Positions 1 through 12,082 of a DNA stretch of 64,000 nucleotides are shown in pieces; the first letter of the stretch is position 1, and each line of letters starts with the position of its first letter. The translations under genes and the position numbers were made by a program. The notes under the pieces are model-generated. The model was not told the origin of the DNA. It saw only the letters and a program-made list of their open reading frames with translations, and did no database searches. This DNA comes from Lepidodermella squamata (taxonomy: Eukaryota; Animalia; Gastrotricha). The stretch spans positions 310,001 through 374,000 of the forward strand of contig JBLDXI010000015.1 in the NCBI GenBank assembly GCA_047495785.1. Direction: 5' to 3'.

Positions 1-169
1 AAGTATGAGTATTAGGGTACATTTCTAGAGATTCTTTCACACTTTAAGGTTGTTTATGGCAGAATGAGTCTACAAGTAGTTGAATTGCTCCATACATTGG
101 AAAACAGGTGTTTTCGAGGCAAATGTGGGTTCTCATGTTTAGCAACAGGGGGAGTTCCGAGAGTGTTGC

Positions 170-285
170 ATACTCTAAATCATCAGTAAATCATAGGGGC
201 TAAATCATTTGCAAATCAAATCATCAAATAACGGCCTAAATCAAATCAAAAATCAAATCACAATCAAATCAAATCAAAGTCTCTG
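170..285. repeat. End of an AAATC-rich hAT-like MITE, related to 21137-21552
   Basis: Many AAATC repeats ending in aatcaaatcaaatcaaagtctctg, similar to the terminus aatcaaatcaaatccaaagctctg at 21529-21552. Confidence 0.5.
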
Positions 286-2059
286 CCATAAATGCAAAGG
301 GTCGGTAGACAGGCGTTTGAATTTACGGATGGTTGCTTTCATACTGGGCTGTTAAAGAGCTGGCGATGAATCATAAGTGCGTCGCTTAGTTTTTTCTTAG
401 TTGCTAAGGCGATGATGATTTTACTGGTTAGCCATATTATAAGACAAGCCGGAACGAATTCTGTCAACTTTCATTGGTTTCAATGGGTTGTAGTATTTGT
501 AAAAGCAAAAAACTTGAAAAATCGCGTGCGCACGATATTTTTGATTCGCAATCTCAATGAGCTTGAATAAAAAACAACGCTCTGGTAAAGATCGAGAGGT
601 TGGGTGTTGGGTGAGATAACTGTGCAAGTTAAAAAAGCTAGATATCCGCCCACAGGGCTGAAATTTCGTTGCTTAAAGGTGTCCTCTAGGTGTCAGATGT
701 TCCACTATAGCCTAAGTTTTGGGATAACGACGAATTACGTATTGGCTTAGCTATGTATCGGTCCTAGCTAAGCTACAAAGAGAGAAGAGAGGCAAAAAGA
801 GCTCATGGCTATGAATTTCTCGCTGTCGCGGTTGGAACAGTATTTGAACTAGGGCAAATCAATGAACTTTCTGTGTTTTCTCAAATATTGTTAGGGAAAT
901 GTGCTGCTTGAATGCAATTACGGAGTAACACTAAAAGCTGTTTCATGGTTCACTCAACCGCTAATTCGACTCATCAACATTTTGCACAGACTTTAGTGTA
1001 CAGAATACAGCTGGATACGCCACATCGATGTCTGCCGTCTGCCCTATAAGGAAGCTTTAATAAGCACTAGAATGAGGGGCAGAGCATCCTGCTAGGGGAG
1101 GAAGCTATGCCTGCGCTATCAGCTATAAGCCATACATTATGTATTAGGTGTTGTTGATCTCGCCATTATTATGTCTGGTGTCGTCTGTGGTCTGTGTTTC
1201 AAAAAGCAAACACTTGAAAGGTGCTTGCTAATTTAGCTCATACATGCCCTAATAAAATGATCCTGGAATATTTAGTATAGACTGACGTGTCAAACAGTGA
1301 TGATAGATCATCGATTTACTGTGGACATTGAATCATCAGCATGAAACAAGTTCGAGTTAGCTCTTTAATTGAACAAATTACGGCAAAAATCCCCAAGCCC
1401 TGATAATCCCCCAATCCCCCAACAAAAATGGGTCACTGCCGATATCACGCGAAACGACCTCAACGGAGTTGATTGCGTACCACAAGCAGCCTTACTTTCA
1501 GATTGAATTCAAAGAGGCGAAACTAATAAATACCGTTTCAGTTCAATCGAGTAGGAGCAGTGCGGCTTCAATCACGAAGTACCATCTGCTGTCAAGATTA
1601 GTAAATTCTACCAGCATATATGGCTAGGCTATGTCTGACGAACGGTTCGACCCTTAGGACATTCGAAGGCCCTACTGGGTCCGATTCCCAGCCGGTCGCA
1701 AGCTATTTGAACCCAGCTCTTGTTGCAGTGGCAGTTCGGCTGTATTTGTGTATGACGTCAATATTCAACCCACTGGTAGATTGTAACTATGTGGACGACA
1801 TCATGAGACGTACCAGGACGCAGCGGCTTCGAAGCTCCAGTTTTCCGGGTTTGCGTAAAAAATCACGTGATGTGTTTAGCAGAAGTGTGCATAATAATTA
1901 CTTTCGTTGGCGAATTTTTTATTTATTAAAAAATAAAATTGCCATTGATATAAAAATTAAAATTGAAAACAGTATAACTGATCTTTTCGCGACCCGTTTT
2001 CTTTAAGATCGAGATCTTCAGGCCACTGCAAAAAGCTTATCTTTGCGTAAATACGTGAT

Positions 2060-2660
2060 TTATTCATTTATTTATAAGCTTTAACGCCCAAAAGAGGGCG
2101 GCTTGACAAGAGGTAATTTGAAAGTGAAACATGTAATTGCAGGACAGTTTACGTTTACAGATGAATAGGACATTGGCAAATGATAACAAAAATTGCTTTT
2201 TACGAGTGCAGATAGTGTAGTAGTGATGTAACAACAATTTTTAGGCAACAACAATTCTTGACAAGCTGGATAGCTTTATGAAAATATAAGCAATGCATAC
2301 AAGACAAAATCAAGGCTAATTTTTATTCAATTTCAATTTGCCGGCATTATTGGAATAACAATACTGATAAACAGCTTCACGACATTCCTGCGCTGATTCT
2401 GCTTGATGTCGGAAGCTGGTTCCACCAATCAGGCCCGCGGTAGCCTAAACTGAGTGCACCGCGCTCTTTGCGTTCTGTTCGCTTGATCATTGGCTCAAAG
2501 TGACGAAAGCTGTATCCGCTGGCTTCGTTCAATTGGAATAGTGTTTGTAACATTGATGGCGCTTGTTGATGTAGACAGTTCCAGATGAATGTAGCAATGT
2601 GGATTTTCATGAATGAGATATTTGCTGGTCGCAGAAGAAAAATAGCGATCGCTGCTAATG
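2060..2660 (-). mobile_element. Non-LTR retrotransposon (CR1/L2-like) 3' fragment
   Basis: ORF 2377-2610 (KIHIATFIWNCLHQQAPSML...YRGPDWWNQLP) resembles the post-RT C-terminal region of LINE ORF2 and the element at 41344-42276 (VHLATTMWKC...QWWNQLP). Confidence 0.7.
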
Positions 2661-3699
2661 AGGTAATTTTTAGCTACAACGACCTTCGGACCTGAAATAT
2701 AGTCCTGGTACGTCTCATGGACGACATGGGTGATTATTGAAAGCGGAAGACAGAATTCATTCAATGTGGGGCATATTAAGATTTATAATTCAGGTAAAAC
2801 AGGGTCATGTTAACCATAAAACTTTCAGTTCCGAGTCAGTTTCTGAGTCAGTAGTTCCCGATATTGTCACGGATATTAAGGTGGGCAATCGGTTTCAGTC
2901 CGTTGTGTCATTTTCTCGGTTTCTCCGGATCTCGTTGCCACACAATTGCAACACCGCACTCGTAGATATTGGGACGCTATCTCAGGCCGACGCAATGGTC
3001 AATGCAGTATTTTGATTTGCTATTGCACTTTTACGAATAAGGTGGATGCCCAATGTCCTGAGAAAAGATGGAAGCTGACAGAACACGACGTATTGAGGCA
3101 GGTTGCCTGACCGGCAAGAGCAATTTTGGCTCATTCGAACAATGCCGAACAATTTGATTGACCCTTTGTTCGCCTGTTTTCGAGAAATTTGGAGCCGAAT
3201 AGCTCCAAAACAACTCCTCAAGTGCTCAAAATCAGGTGAACAAAGGGGCCAAATTCAATTGTACGGCGTTGTTCGATGGTAAACGCGCTTTCGCGCTGCC
3301 AGGGGACTCATCATCTGTATTACTCGAGTACTGAAGGTGCTGAATACTCAGATGATTTGAAGTCTATGACGGGATGTCGATTGAGATGCGACGATTCCGA
3401 AGAGAAATCGCTACCTCACATCATAGATCACATAAAACCGCACATCATACCTGGAGAAAATAAAAGCGGCGCACTGTCATTTCAGCCTAGTTTCTTCTGC
3501 CCACTGCATACTTCTACGTCAACGTGCATCACCTGCCATGTTATCGATTACGCTAAAACGCAGCTGTATACCTATTGCATGCAGCGTAGTAATCACCCAC
3601 ATTTCCGACAATGTGAGTTTAGTATTGCTATTGCGCATGCTATTTTATGAGTTTTTTGCGGATGCAAGTTCTAGAATTGAAATCGCTGTATTTCGATAG

Positions 3700-5227
3700 A
3701 TGACATCTTTTAATTCAATCGCAATATGCAAGGTTTGTGGGTGCCTTGTGCCACCTCGCCCCTGTTATCAACCTCGAACCTGTGCGGCTTGTCAGAAATT
3801 TTTCCGCCGCAACTGTGAGAAATGGCAGCGGTTGAGGTGCAACCACGACTTTGATGCAACGGCTTTGGCAAAAGCGAAAAGTCCTCGAGATTGGTGCAAA
3901 TTTGATTGTTCGAAATGCCGATTCGAAGCATGCGTTCGCGCTGGTCTAAAAAGTAAATTATGCATTTCAGATCGATTTACATTTTGGATCCTCAGGCGAG
4001 ATACTCCGAATCTGGGAGCTAGATTAGCATTTGCGAATTTCGGCTGTTCGCCAAGGTTGTAGAAGCTCGCCGTTCTTCCTGGGGCTCAAATTCTTTCTAT
4101 TTAAATGTTACTAGACTTAAAACAACAAAAAGGATGAGAAATTGAACACTAAACATCAAAATGAGATGATTAGGAAATTACTGTTATATCAGTTAATGCT
4201 TCAAAGGTAAATATCTGACGAATGCGGAATTCAAAGTCAAACAAAATCTGGCGGTTGATATGCGCCCATCGCCAAAATATGGTTTTATAGTTGAGCATAC
4301 GCTGGAAAAAGCCATTGACCTTCAACTGCTTCTTCACGGCCTCGAGCAGGTATTTTAAAGCTCATCTTCACTAATGAATGCGTTCTACAGATCATCATTT
4401 CAACAGCTGCCGACGAGGAGCACCTTTGTAGATGCTCACATGTGCGATTTTGAGTTCATTAGAAAGCTTATTTTCGTCAACATGGCAGCATTCCTTCACC
4501 TCGGCCGAAAGTTTGGCTGCCTAATGCTGGGTATGGCATTCGATTTTTTGTAACACTGTTGCTTTTCAAAATTTGCAGTTATTAGAAAATTTCAACTTGA
4601 GCGAATCTGATGTGCAATCGCTGCTAGTTCGAAACTGGAAAAGCGTCACAGTAGCCTACTCGTCTCTACCGAGCACTAGCGGCGGGCTTTTAGCCAATTC
4701 CAGTGTTTTACCCAGTCTTCTGGACAATTTTCCAGAAGTTATGGTAAAATTGACACTTTTCCCACTATTCGCATCAAATATATCTCTTTTACAGCCGGCC
4801 AGAGCTGCTGAGAGCCAAGTTTCGGAAGCCATGAGCGAATTGAACCCAAGCCTCATCGAAATAGCTCTGATCTCGTGCCGCCTGTTTCTGCGAGGTATAA
4901 TACTGCCTTAAACCTTGAATAATCATTTCTATACTCGTTAGTTACGTTGTATTTGAAGGTGCTAGCAATTGTGATGAGTCACTTGCCGTGAAAGCAGCGC
5001 GAAAATGTGTTGACACGGCTTTTGCTTTGATCTGCCACAGGCTGCACGGCCAACGAATGGCGCAAGTGATGAAGAAGGTTTTGGAAGCTGAAAACCTCAT
5101 CGGCTTGACTTCGCGAGTTATTGACGATTGCAGCGTCGCAGTTATGAAGAAACTCGAGGCTTCAGTTAGCCACGACGAAAGGGCACTCGGCATCAAGTTC
5201 ACGCTCGGTGTGATTGACAAGATGTGA
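3700..5227 (+). CDS. Divergent nuclear receptor, paralog 1 (six exons)
   Basis: Exon 1 encodes CKVC..CAACQKFFRR..CNH..CSKCRFEACVRAGLK. Approximate exons 3700-3952, 4207-4349, 4407-4531, 4586-4743, 4795-4894, 4959-5227 with GT-AG introns. LBD signature-like FxLSESDVQSLLVRNW. Confidence 0.88.
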
Positions 5228-5646
5228 AAGACATTACGCATTACTTGTTTTATAATAATAAATGTTTCATTTTCATTTTACAGCAGAAGTTCTCTAACAA
5301 GTTATTATTGCAGAGTGGATTTTTATTATCCCATAAATGCCGAGTAATTATTAATAGATTATGAAGCATTGTCTTTTACCCAGTCATATAAAAGTAGTCC
5401 TAAAGTTGACACTGGGAGAGACCTTTTGGGTCCGACTCAGATGGTATGGTAAAATTTGGATCTACGCACGATCTTCTGAGCTCTATGTATACTTATTTCC
5501 GTGTGGTTTTTTTCGTAGTAACGGCAGCTAATGAGCAGTTCTTTATTAATTCATTTCAAAGGCCGCTCAATGAACGGCTGGTTTCACGGTCCAGGCGATG
5601 AGCTGTACATATTTTAGCATGAATTTTCCAGTCTGCCTTTTCCAGT

Positions 5647-7353
5647 CTACATCAAATCGAGCATTTGCTTGTTGCTAATAGCAATTTCATTCGAGCTGGA
5701 CGAGGCCGCGAGTCGTTTCATAAGCACGGCGCAGCAATCGTAAGCAACTCGACACGTCAGGCTGATGAGAGATTCAAGATTGGTTACGTATCGCATGACT
5801 TTCGGGGCGTTCGAGCCGTGCAATTTGTAGCACATCAATTCGAAAGCTATTCCAACACGCTTTCGCGCTGCTTTAATGCCAGATGACTCGCAATCGCCAG
5901 TACCTATTCACATAAAAATTAAGCCATTTAACTATATCTCTATAGCTAGGTAAATCACAAACGGCGGAGAAACAGGCGGCAAGACAGTAGAGCTATTTCG
6001 ATGAGACTGGGATTCCATTGGCTCATGGCTTCTGCCAATTTCTTTTCAGCATTTTTTGCCGGCTAAAAGAAAATAAACGATAAGCTATTGTCGAAATCGG
6101 ACCTCAAGATTCAAGTGAATCACCTGAGCTTCTGGAAAAGTGGCAAGGAATAATGGCAGGACACTAGGATTAGTCATAAGTCTGCCGGTGTTGTTGGGCA
6201 GAGATGAGTAGGCTACCCCAACGCTCCACCAATTGCTGGCTCTAAGGCTCTGCAATTCACATTCGGACAAGCAAAAATAAGCTGGAAATACACATATGAA
6301 GACATATTTTTCAAGTTCTGAGACCATACCTTGCATTTGATCGCTAAACGTTTGAGCCACCCGAAAAAAGCCAGCCATTGTGCTAGAGAACAGCTTCGAG
6401 ATTTCCTGGGAGTTGCAAGATAACTCCTCAAGAGAAGTGGTCTTCAGTGGTAACTATAAGAGGTAACTGTTTCATTTGTCTCAATAAAACTACAATTAGC
6501 TGTGAAAATACGTTTTCTAGGTCGAGAAGCAACAGTTGAATATCGATAGCTCTTTTCAACGTATCTTCCACTACGAAACCAGTCGATGACGATGGGCATA
6601 CATCAATCGCCAGCTTGGATGCATTTCTGATATCGGGGCGTGTCAGAAATTTACCTTGATTAACAATTAAAATTAATAACAATTTTAGACGGGAGACGGA
6701 TCAATTGAAAATCTAATTTTAACTAGACACAGCTAGATAAAATGTTTTTGTAAGCTTCCAAGTATCTGAAATTTAGAGGAATAAATAATTAGGAATAAGG
6801 AATAATTATTGATCATCTACGAATGAGTCTTTTGTCAAATAGAGAAAGCTTCTCTTGATCGCAATAAAAATACAACATATTTCCAACCTATCGAGATTTC
6901 ACCCGCGTTCATTGCGAATGATTTTCCAACTCAGAGTAGCCGCGTGGCACCAACAGCGGACAAAATGTTCATTTTTTCGCCCGTTCGGATGATACCCCCA
7001 TCACTCTGAAAGTCTCACCTTGCTCTCGGAACACTGATGCTCCTTATAAATGAATGTTGTATAAACTCACTTCTCATGCCAGCTCGGATGCATCTTTCGA
7101 ACCGGCATTTCTTGCACATGCTACGCCGCATATTCGAGTTAGGCGGCGGCTCGCCAGCACTCGCGTAAGTGTGGTTGCATTCCAGTGATTGCCACCGTTC
7201 GACGCTGCGTCTGAAAAACTTTTCGCAAGCAGCACAGGCTCGCGGTTGGTAAGCGGGACGTTTCGTCGCTACGAGACCGCATACTTTGCAAAGGCGCTGA
7301 GGCGGTTGGTTAATTTGAGAAACCAACTTGATGTTGTCCTCAAAAGCTGTCAT
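5647..7353 (-). CDS. Divergent nuclear receptor, paralog 2 (six exons)
   Basis: DBD exon CKVC..CAACEKFFRR..CNH..CKKCRFERCIRAGM at 7353-7071. LBD exons match ORFs 6428-6682, 6085-6378 and 5647-5838. Exon 3 opens in frame from acceptor cttatag (LPLKTTSLEE...). Confidence 0.85.
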
Positions 7354-8199
7354 GATGACTTTTGAGGTTTTTGAATTGAGAAATTCACTAGTGCCTAGAG
7401 AAGGAAACCAGCAAGAATATCAAGGCTTATTTGATTTCGGATGATGGACGAGGGTAATCTAGTGTGTCCAATGCAGCCAATAAATTTAGAGGAGCCGCTA
7501 TTATTGGTCGTTTACTTGCGAACGGCGTGCGAACTACCGGGGTACGGTGGTACGGGGTTTTATCGTACCCCCACCTCGAGAGGTCCAGACAAGAAAACCA
7601 CAAAAATATCACAGATGGGACCCTCTGGTCAGATAAATTCGGGCTGAAAATACCCACACGCGAATTTAGAATAAAAAAGTATGACCCCTCAACCTCAGAA
7701 AACCTCCGAGACCCTTCCCAAAACCGCGGACCCCTGAAACTAAATACACGTGTTAGCTTGGATTTGCGAGATCGGTGGTAGATTTCCTGCTAAATACCAG
7801 TAACTTATTTTTTTCAATTGGCACTATACAAATACTTCTGATAGCTAGGTCTTCATAATGTATCAATTTTGCAATATTATCCACAGCTGCGAATTTCTCG
7901 CTGATGCAGTTGAAACAGACGTATTGTAAATCAAAGAATGCGAATTCTCTGCTCAAAATTTTGTTAGGAAAATATTATGCTTCAATTCATTTTCGTTGTG
8001 CGTAAAAAAATATGGAGTACTGCTAAGCTATTTAACAGTTAACTAACGCATGACACTACGGCTAATTTGACGCACCGTCATTTCACAGACTGCAACGTGC
8101 TCAGTTGGATATGCTGCATCGATTTCTGTCCTGTGAGGAAGCTCTAGGAAGTACTTAAATATGAGTATGATTCAGAGCATTCTATATATCGGATGTGGG

Positions 8200-8960
8200 A
8201 TATATGTCGTAGGCAAACGCGCGCATTCGACACGTTCCCCTAAAATTCGATTATCGACGAGAATTGGGTTCCATTTGCTCATGGCAGCCGCCAAGTTTTC
8301 TCCAGCAGCGTTTACAGGCTGGAACAAATGAACAATATGCGTTGATGGATGCTGCTGAAATTTGATGCGAAACTCACGCGAAGTCAGGGTTCAGGGTACT
8401 GGTGGAGAAACAAGAGCAGGGGGCAGGATATCAGGATTAGCTAGCTGTTGCAGCTGTATACACCGCGCAAATGTTCTTCCAGCCGCGAGCGAAAACAGTT
8501 CCAACTGTTGACTCTTGTAAGTGGAAGCACTCTGCAAATGATGCAGTGAATGCAGATATGTGAAATTGAATGCGAAAAACATGGAAACTCGGAAACAAAG
8601 GGAACTCGTTGAATTGAAAAAGGCGTTGAAGTGATAATTACATATTTTCTTGAATGCGGCAGGCAAAAACCAGACCGAGCAGCAAAATTCCAGAAATATT
8701 ACCAATAAGAAGCTGCGCGGCGAAATCGCTGTTTTAATTTTTCCCTTGCTGCATTGTAACCCCATAGGCAGCTAAAGGCTAAAGAGCATAGAGCCTGAAT
8801 ACATAAATACCAGCTCAAGTTAGGAACAGGACGAACGCGTTCAAGGCCGTGGAGCTGTATCTGCACTCATCAGGCCTTTCTCCCTTCTTACTCCGATGAC
8901 TGCTTCATCCTCGCGCCATCATTTGCCGCTTGTTCTTCGGAGTTCATTATAACAAGCTAA
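8200..8960 (-). pseudogene. Degenerate nuclear-receptor LBD remnant (exons 2-5, no DBD seen)
   Basis: Decayed copies of paralog-6/9/10 exons, e.g. gggttccatttgctcatggcagccgccaagttttc at ~8265 and aatgttcttccagccgcgagc at ~8470, with indels and no zinc-finger exon. Confidence 0.7.
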
Positions 8961-9894
8961 AATGAGAACAATTGTGGAGAATGTAATATTCTGGAAAATT
9001 TTAGAATCGTTTTCAGGTTTAAGCATTAGCTGATGCACTTGTACTCAACGGCAGCACGGTTTTTTGCTCGCCAAGCGACAGGTAATTTGCGTCGAATCTC
9101 ATTTTCTCTGCGTGCGTCAATTATCGGCTTCAGACATTCGAGCTCGAGAATTAGGCATGTATCTAAACTTTTCTAAATAAAAAAGCATCATGTACCTAGT
9201 CTAAACATGCTAAACTCTGGACTCGGCTGCTGAAGGGAAGTCGATCAATTTTTATCAATTGAAATTGCGCGGCACATGGAAAGGAATGGAATTTTAAGTA
9301 CTTTTAATTCACAGAAAACCAGTAAGATCGATAAATAACGCCCTGCAAAATGTATAGGATTTGTTTATCTACGAAACAAGATCACTGCGAGGTACGTTTG
9401 AGTATTTTCAGCGTCGAAGCTTTTTGATTAAAAGGTCGCCCTGAGATTTTTTGAGTTTCTTTGCATAGACCTCTCAGGTGGGGGTACTTTAGGTAATTCG
9501 CAAACTTCGCAAATACGTTTTAAGATATCAACCGTGCCCAAAACCGACGATTTCTATAACTGAAAAACCTATAACACCTTCCAGGTTAAAAGCTATCAAG
9601 CAAGACCTGCGTCATGCATGAACAGCATGTTTTCAAACGAACAAGAGGCGATTTCAATCTGGCGATCGATACTGCTCACTTATTCGTCACTTATTCTTCC
9701 TGAATCAGTACTGAATATGAGCTCTCTCTGTGAGAAGGTGCCAGCAGCTTTTTGAAATTCAAATCAAGTTTGCTAGGCAATTAATCTGAGCATCTGTCTT
9801 TTCGAGTATATACAAAAAGGATATTCGATACTTTGTTGTTCTTACGAACTTTTCCACTCGTCTCTTCTTATATTCCAAAAACCAGGCGTTACAA

Positions 9895-11177
9895 ATGACT
9901 GAAGTTGCACCGGCACTTCCGAAATGCAGGGTATGTGGCCTGGCCGTGTCTAGAAGGGGGCGTTTTCAGCCCCGCGTTTGCCACGCTTGCCAGAAGTTCT
10001 TCCGACGGAACGCAGATCATTACCTGCAGTTGCAGTGCAACCACAAGAAAGGGAAATCTGGCGAGTCGCAAAACAGCGCAATTCATCGGCGAGGCATGTG
10101 CACGAAATGCCGTTTCGACCGGTGCGTCAAGGCTGGGATGAAATGTGAGTATTTCTGAAAAGGTAATTATAACCGAAAAAAATGCGTCCCTCTCCCCATG
10201 CAAATATCCAGGTAAATATCTAGAACAGATGCTAGGAGCTGAAAGGGAAAATATCGAGCGAAGTCCTCAGTTGACGGATGGCCTTGATCTCGAAGAAGCT
10301 CTCAGGCTAGCTCTCGACACACAATTGCAGCTTCACGACCTTGAACAGGTTTTTAACGATTCATTATCGACAACTCTGACGACTTTGTTTTCGCAGCTTC
10401 CGCTAAGGAAAGCTCCCGAATCATCGGATTTGAGCGATGGCAGAGTCATGGCCGCACTTATGTTTTCTAATGTCATTGCGTTGATGCGACTGAACATCTC
10501 GTTCTCAAAGTTCATGTCGGGTAAAATTCTATGATTTCGGATCTACCTCCAATCTTTTTGATCTCATTACAGAGGCGTTTAGATTAAATGAGAGCGAAGT
10601 ACGAGTACTGATGGCTCGCAATTGGAAAGACATCACGGTTTCGTTTTCTGCTCTGCCGGGGGCTTCGGGTCGCTTTCTCGTGCATCAAGACGTTCTCCCA
10701 GCATTTCTTGATGTGAACCCTGAATTCCTAGTGAGTTTGCGCTTGATTTCATCCATTGCAATTCGTATTCCTTGTATAGCCAGCGAAAGATGCGGAAACG
10801 AAACTTTCTGTGACATTGAGCAACTGGGATCCTACTCTCGTTGAAGTTGCTCTCTTTACCTGTCGGCTGTTTTTCAGAGGTTAGCTATTGATGTTTATTT
10901 TTTCATTTTTCCGAATTCTATTAAAGGTGATGGGGAATCTTCGGCGTTTCTCAGAGCTCAGAAAAGAATTGAAACAGCGTTCATGATGATCTGCTCGAAG
11001 CTTCATGATTCCGAAATGGCACGGACTTTGCATGAAATAGCCATCGCTGAAAACTTGATAGCCATGACTTCGAGCGTTATCGACGAGTGCGGAGCTGCTG
11101 TTCTCCGGCGGCGAGAAAGGACGATGTCCGGCGGGGAGGTCAAGATAACAAAGTGCATCTTCAACGTCAAAAAATGA
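9895..11177 (+). CDS. Divergent nuclear receptor, paralog 3 (six exons)
   Basis: DBD CRVC..CHACQKFFRR..CNH..CTKCRFDRCVKAGMK with donor gtgagt at ~10145. LBD exons lie in ORFs 10145-10534, 10611-10844 and 10983-11177. Confidence 0.88.
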
Positions 11178-11751
11178 TAAAATGACTGGCAATTGTAATT
11201 ATCCTCTATTGCAAAAATGCAATCAGACTAACTATATCACGCACTGCGGGAATATTCTAATATGGAAACTTGGAAAATTCTGGTTAAATAATATTTGCGT
11301 CTTGCAGAGCGTACTTTTATTCATAGATCTATAGAGCCGGATTCCAAGAGGATGGAAATTGAGCGAGTTTGCATTATAGTTTCAGAAGAGCTTTTATGCA
11401 AATTCGGGGCACACTCGAGAGGTTCTAAATTTTTCAACTTTGGCTCACAGCGACTCGTTAATTAACGGTGAGGAAAGCTGAAATTGTTTAGCGGACTGTT
11501 TACCGTCAAAAAAACCGCCGAAGGTTAGTTCTCCGGCGTCCACAAGACCATGAATCACAAGACGTCCAGGTGAGGCCGCTTTTCGACCTGTCCTAAATTA
11601 AATGTGCTAAATCTACTCGGCAGCAGTAGACACTGATTGGTCACGATATTATTGGAAGACTGTTTGATCCTGTTAAATAAAAATTCGAGGACTCTGGAGA
11701 CGGACGCGACTGCCGCTCACGAGGGACTGAAAACTGAAAAGCTTATGTAGT

Positions 11752-11860
11752 CGAAAAAAATAGCACCTACACCGTGCCGCACGCCGTAGTGCGACCGTAG
11801 CAACACCGTACTTTTGAAATAGCACTTATAAGCGCAGATAGCACTTTCAGATAGCACTTT
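11752..11860. repeat. Left terminal motif array of the YR element
   Basis: CCGT(A/G) motifs at 11772, 11784, 11795 and 11806; ATAGCAC at 11760, 11819, 11838 and 11851. Confidence 0.75.
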
Positions 11861-12082
11861 TAGATTGCATTAGGATGAAATTTCTAGAAAAGCATGACAA
11901 ATACTCCTTTCTCCTCGAAAAAGATTTATTCTTTCATATCTTTTAAAACAATTCACCATTTAAAACACAGAATAACTCTTCAGCACAATGCAACAAATAA
12001 CAAATAAATTTCTCAAATCAATAAAGCTCTGAATAAAGTACAAGTTCTCAATTGGTTCGCTTGGAGCGAACGATATGGAATA

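Noticed and set aside
421-3650. Short ORFs at 421-627, 1620-2006, 2737-3221 and 3276-3650
   Set aside because: No domain similarity or consistent splice structure; likely chance ORFs or decayed repeats.
11760-11860. CRISPR-like array
   Set aside because: Repeats are only 5-8 bp with no unique spacers, in a eukaryotic context; better explained as element terminal motifs.
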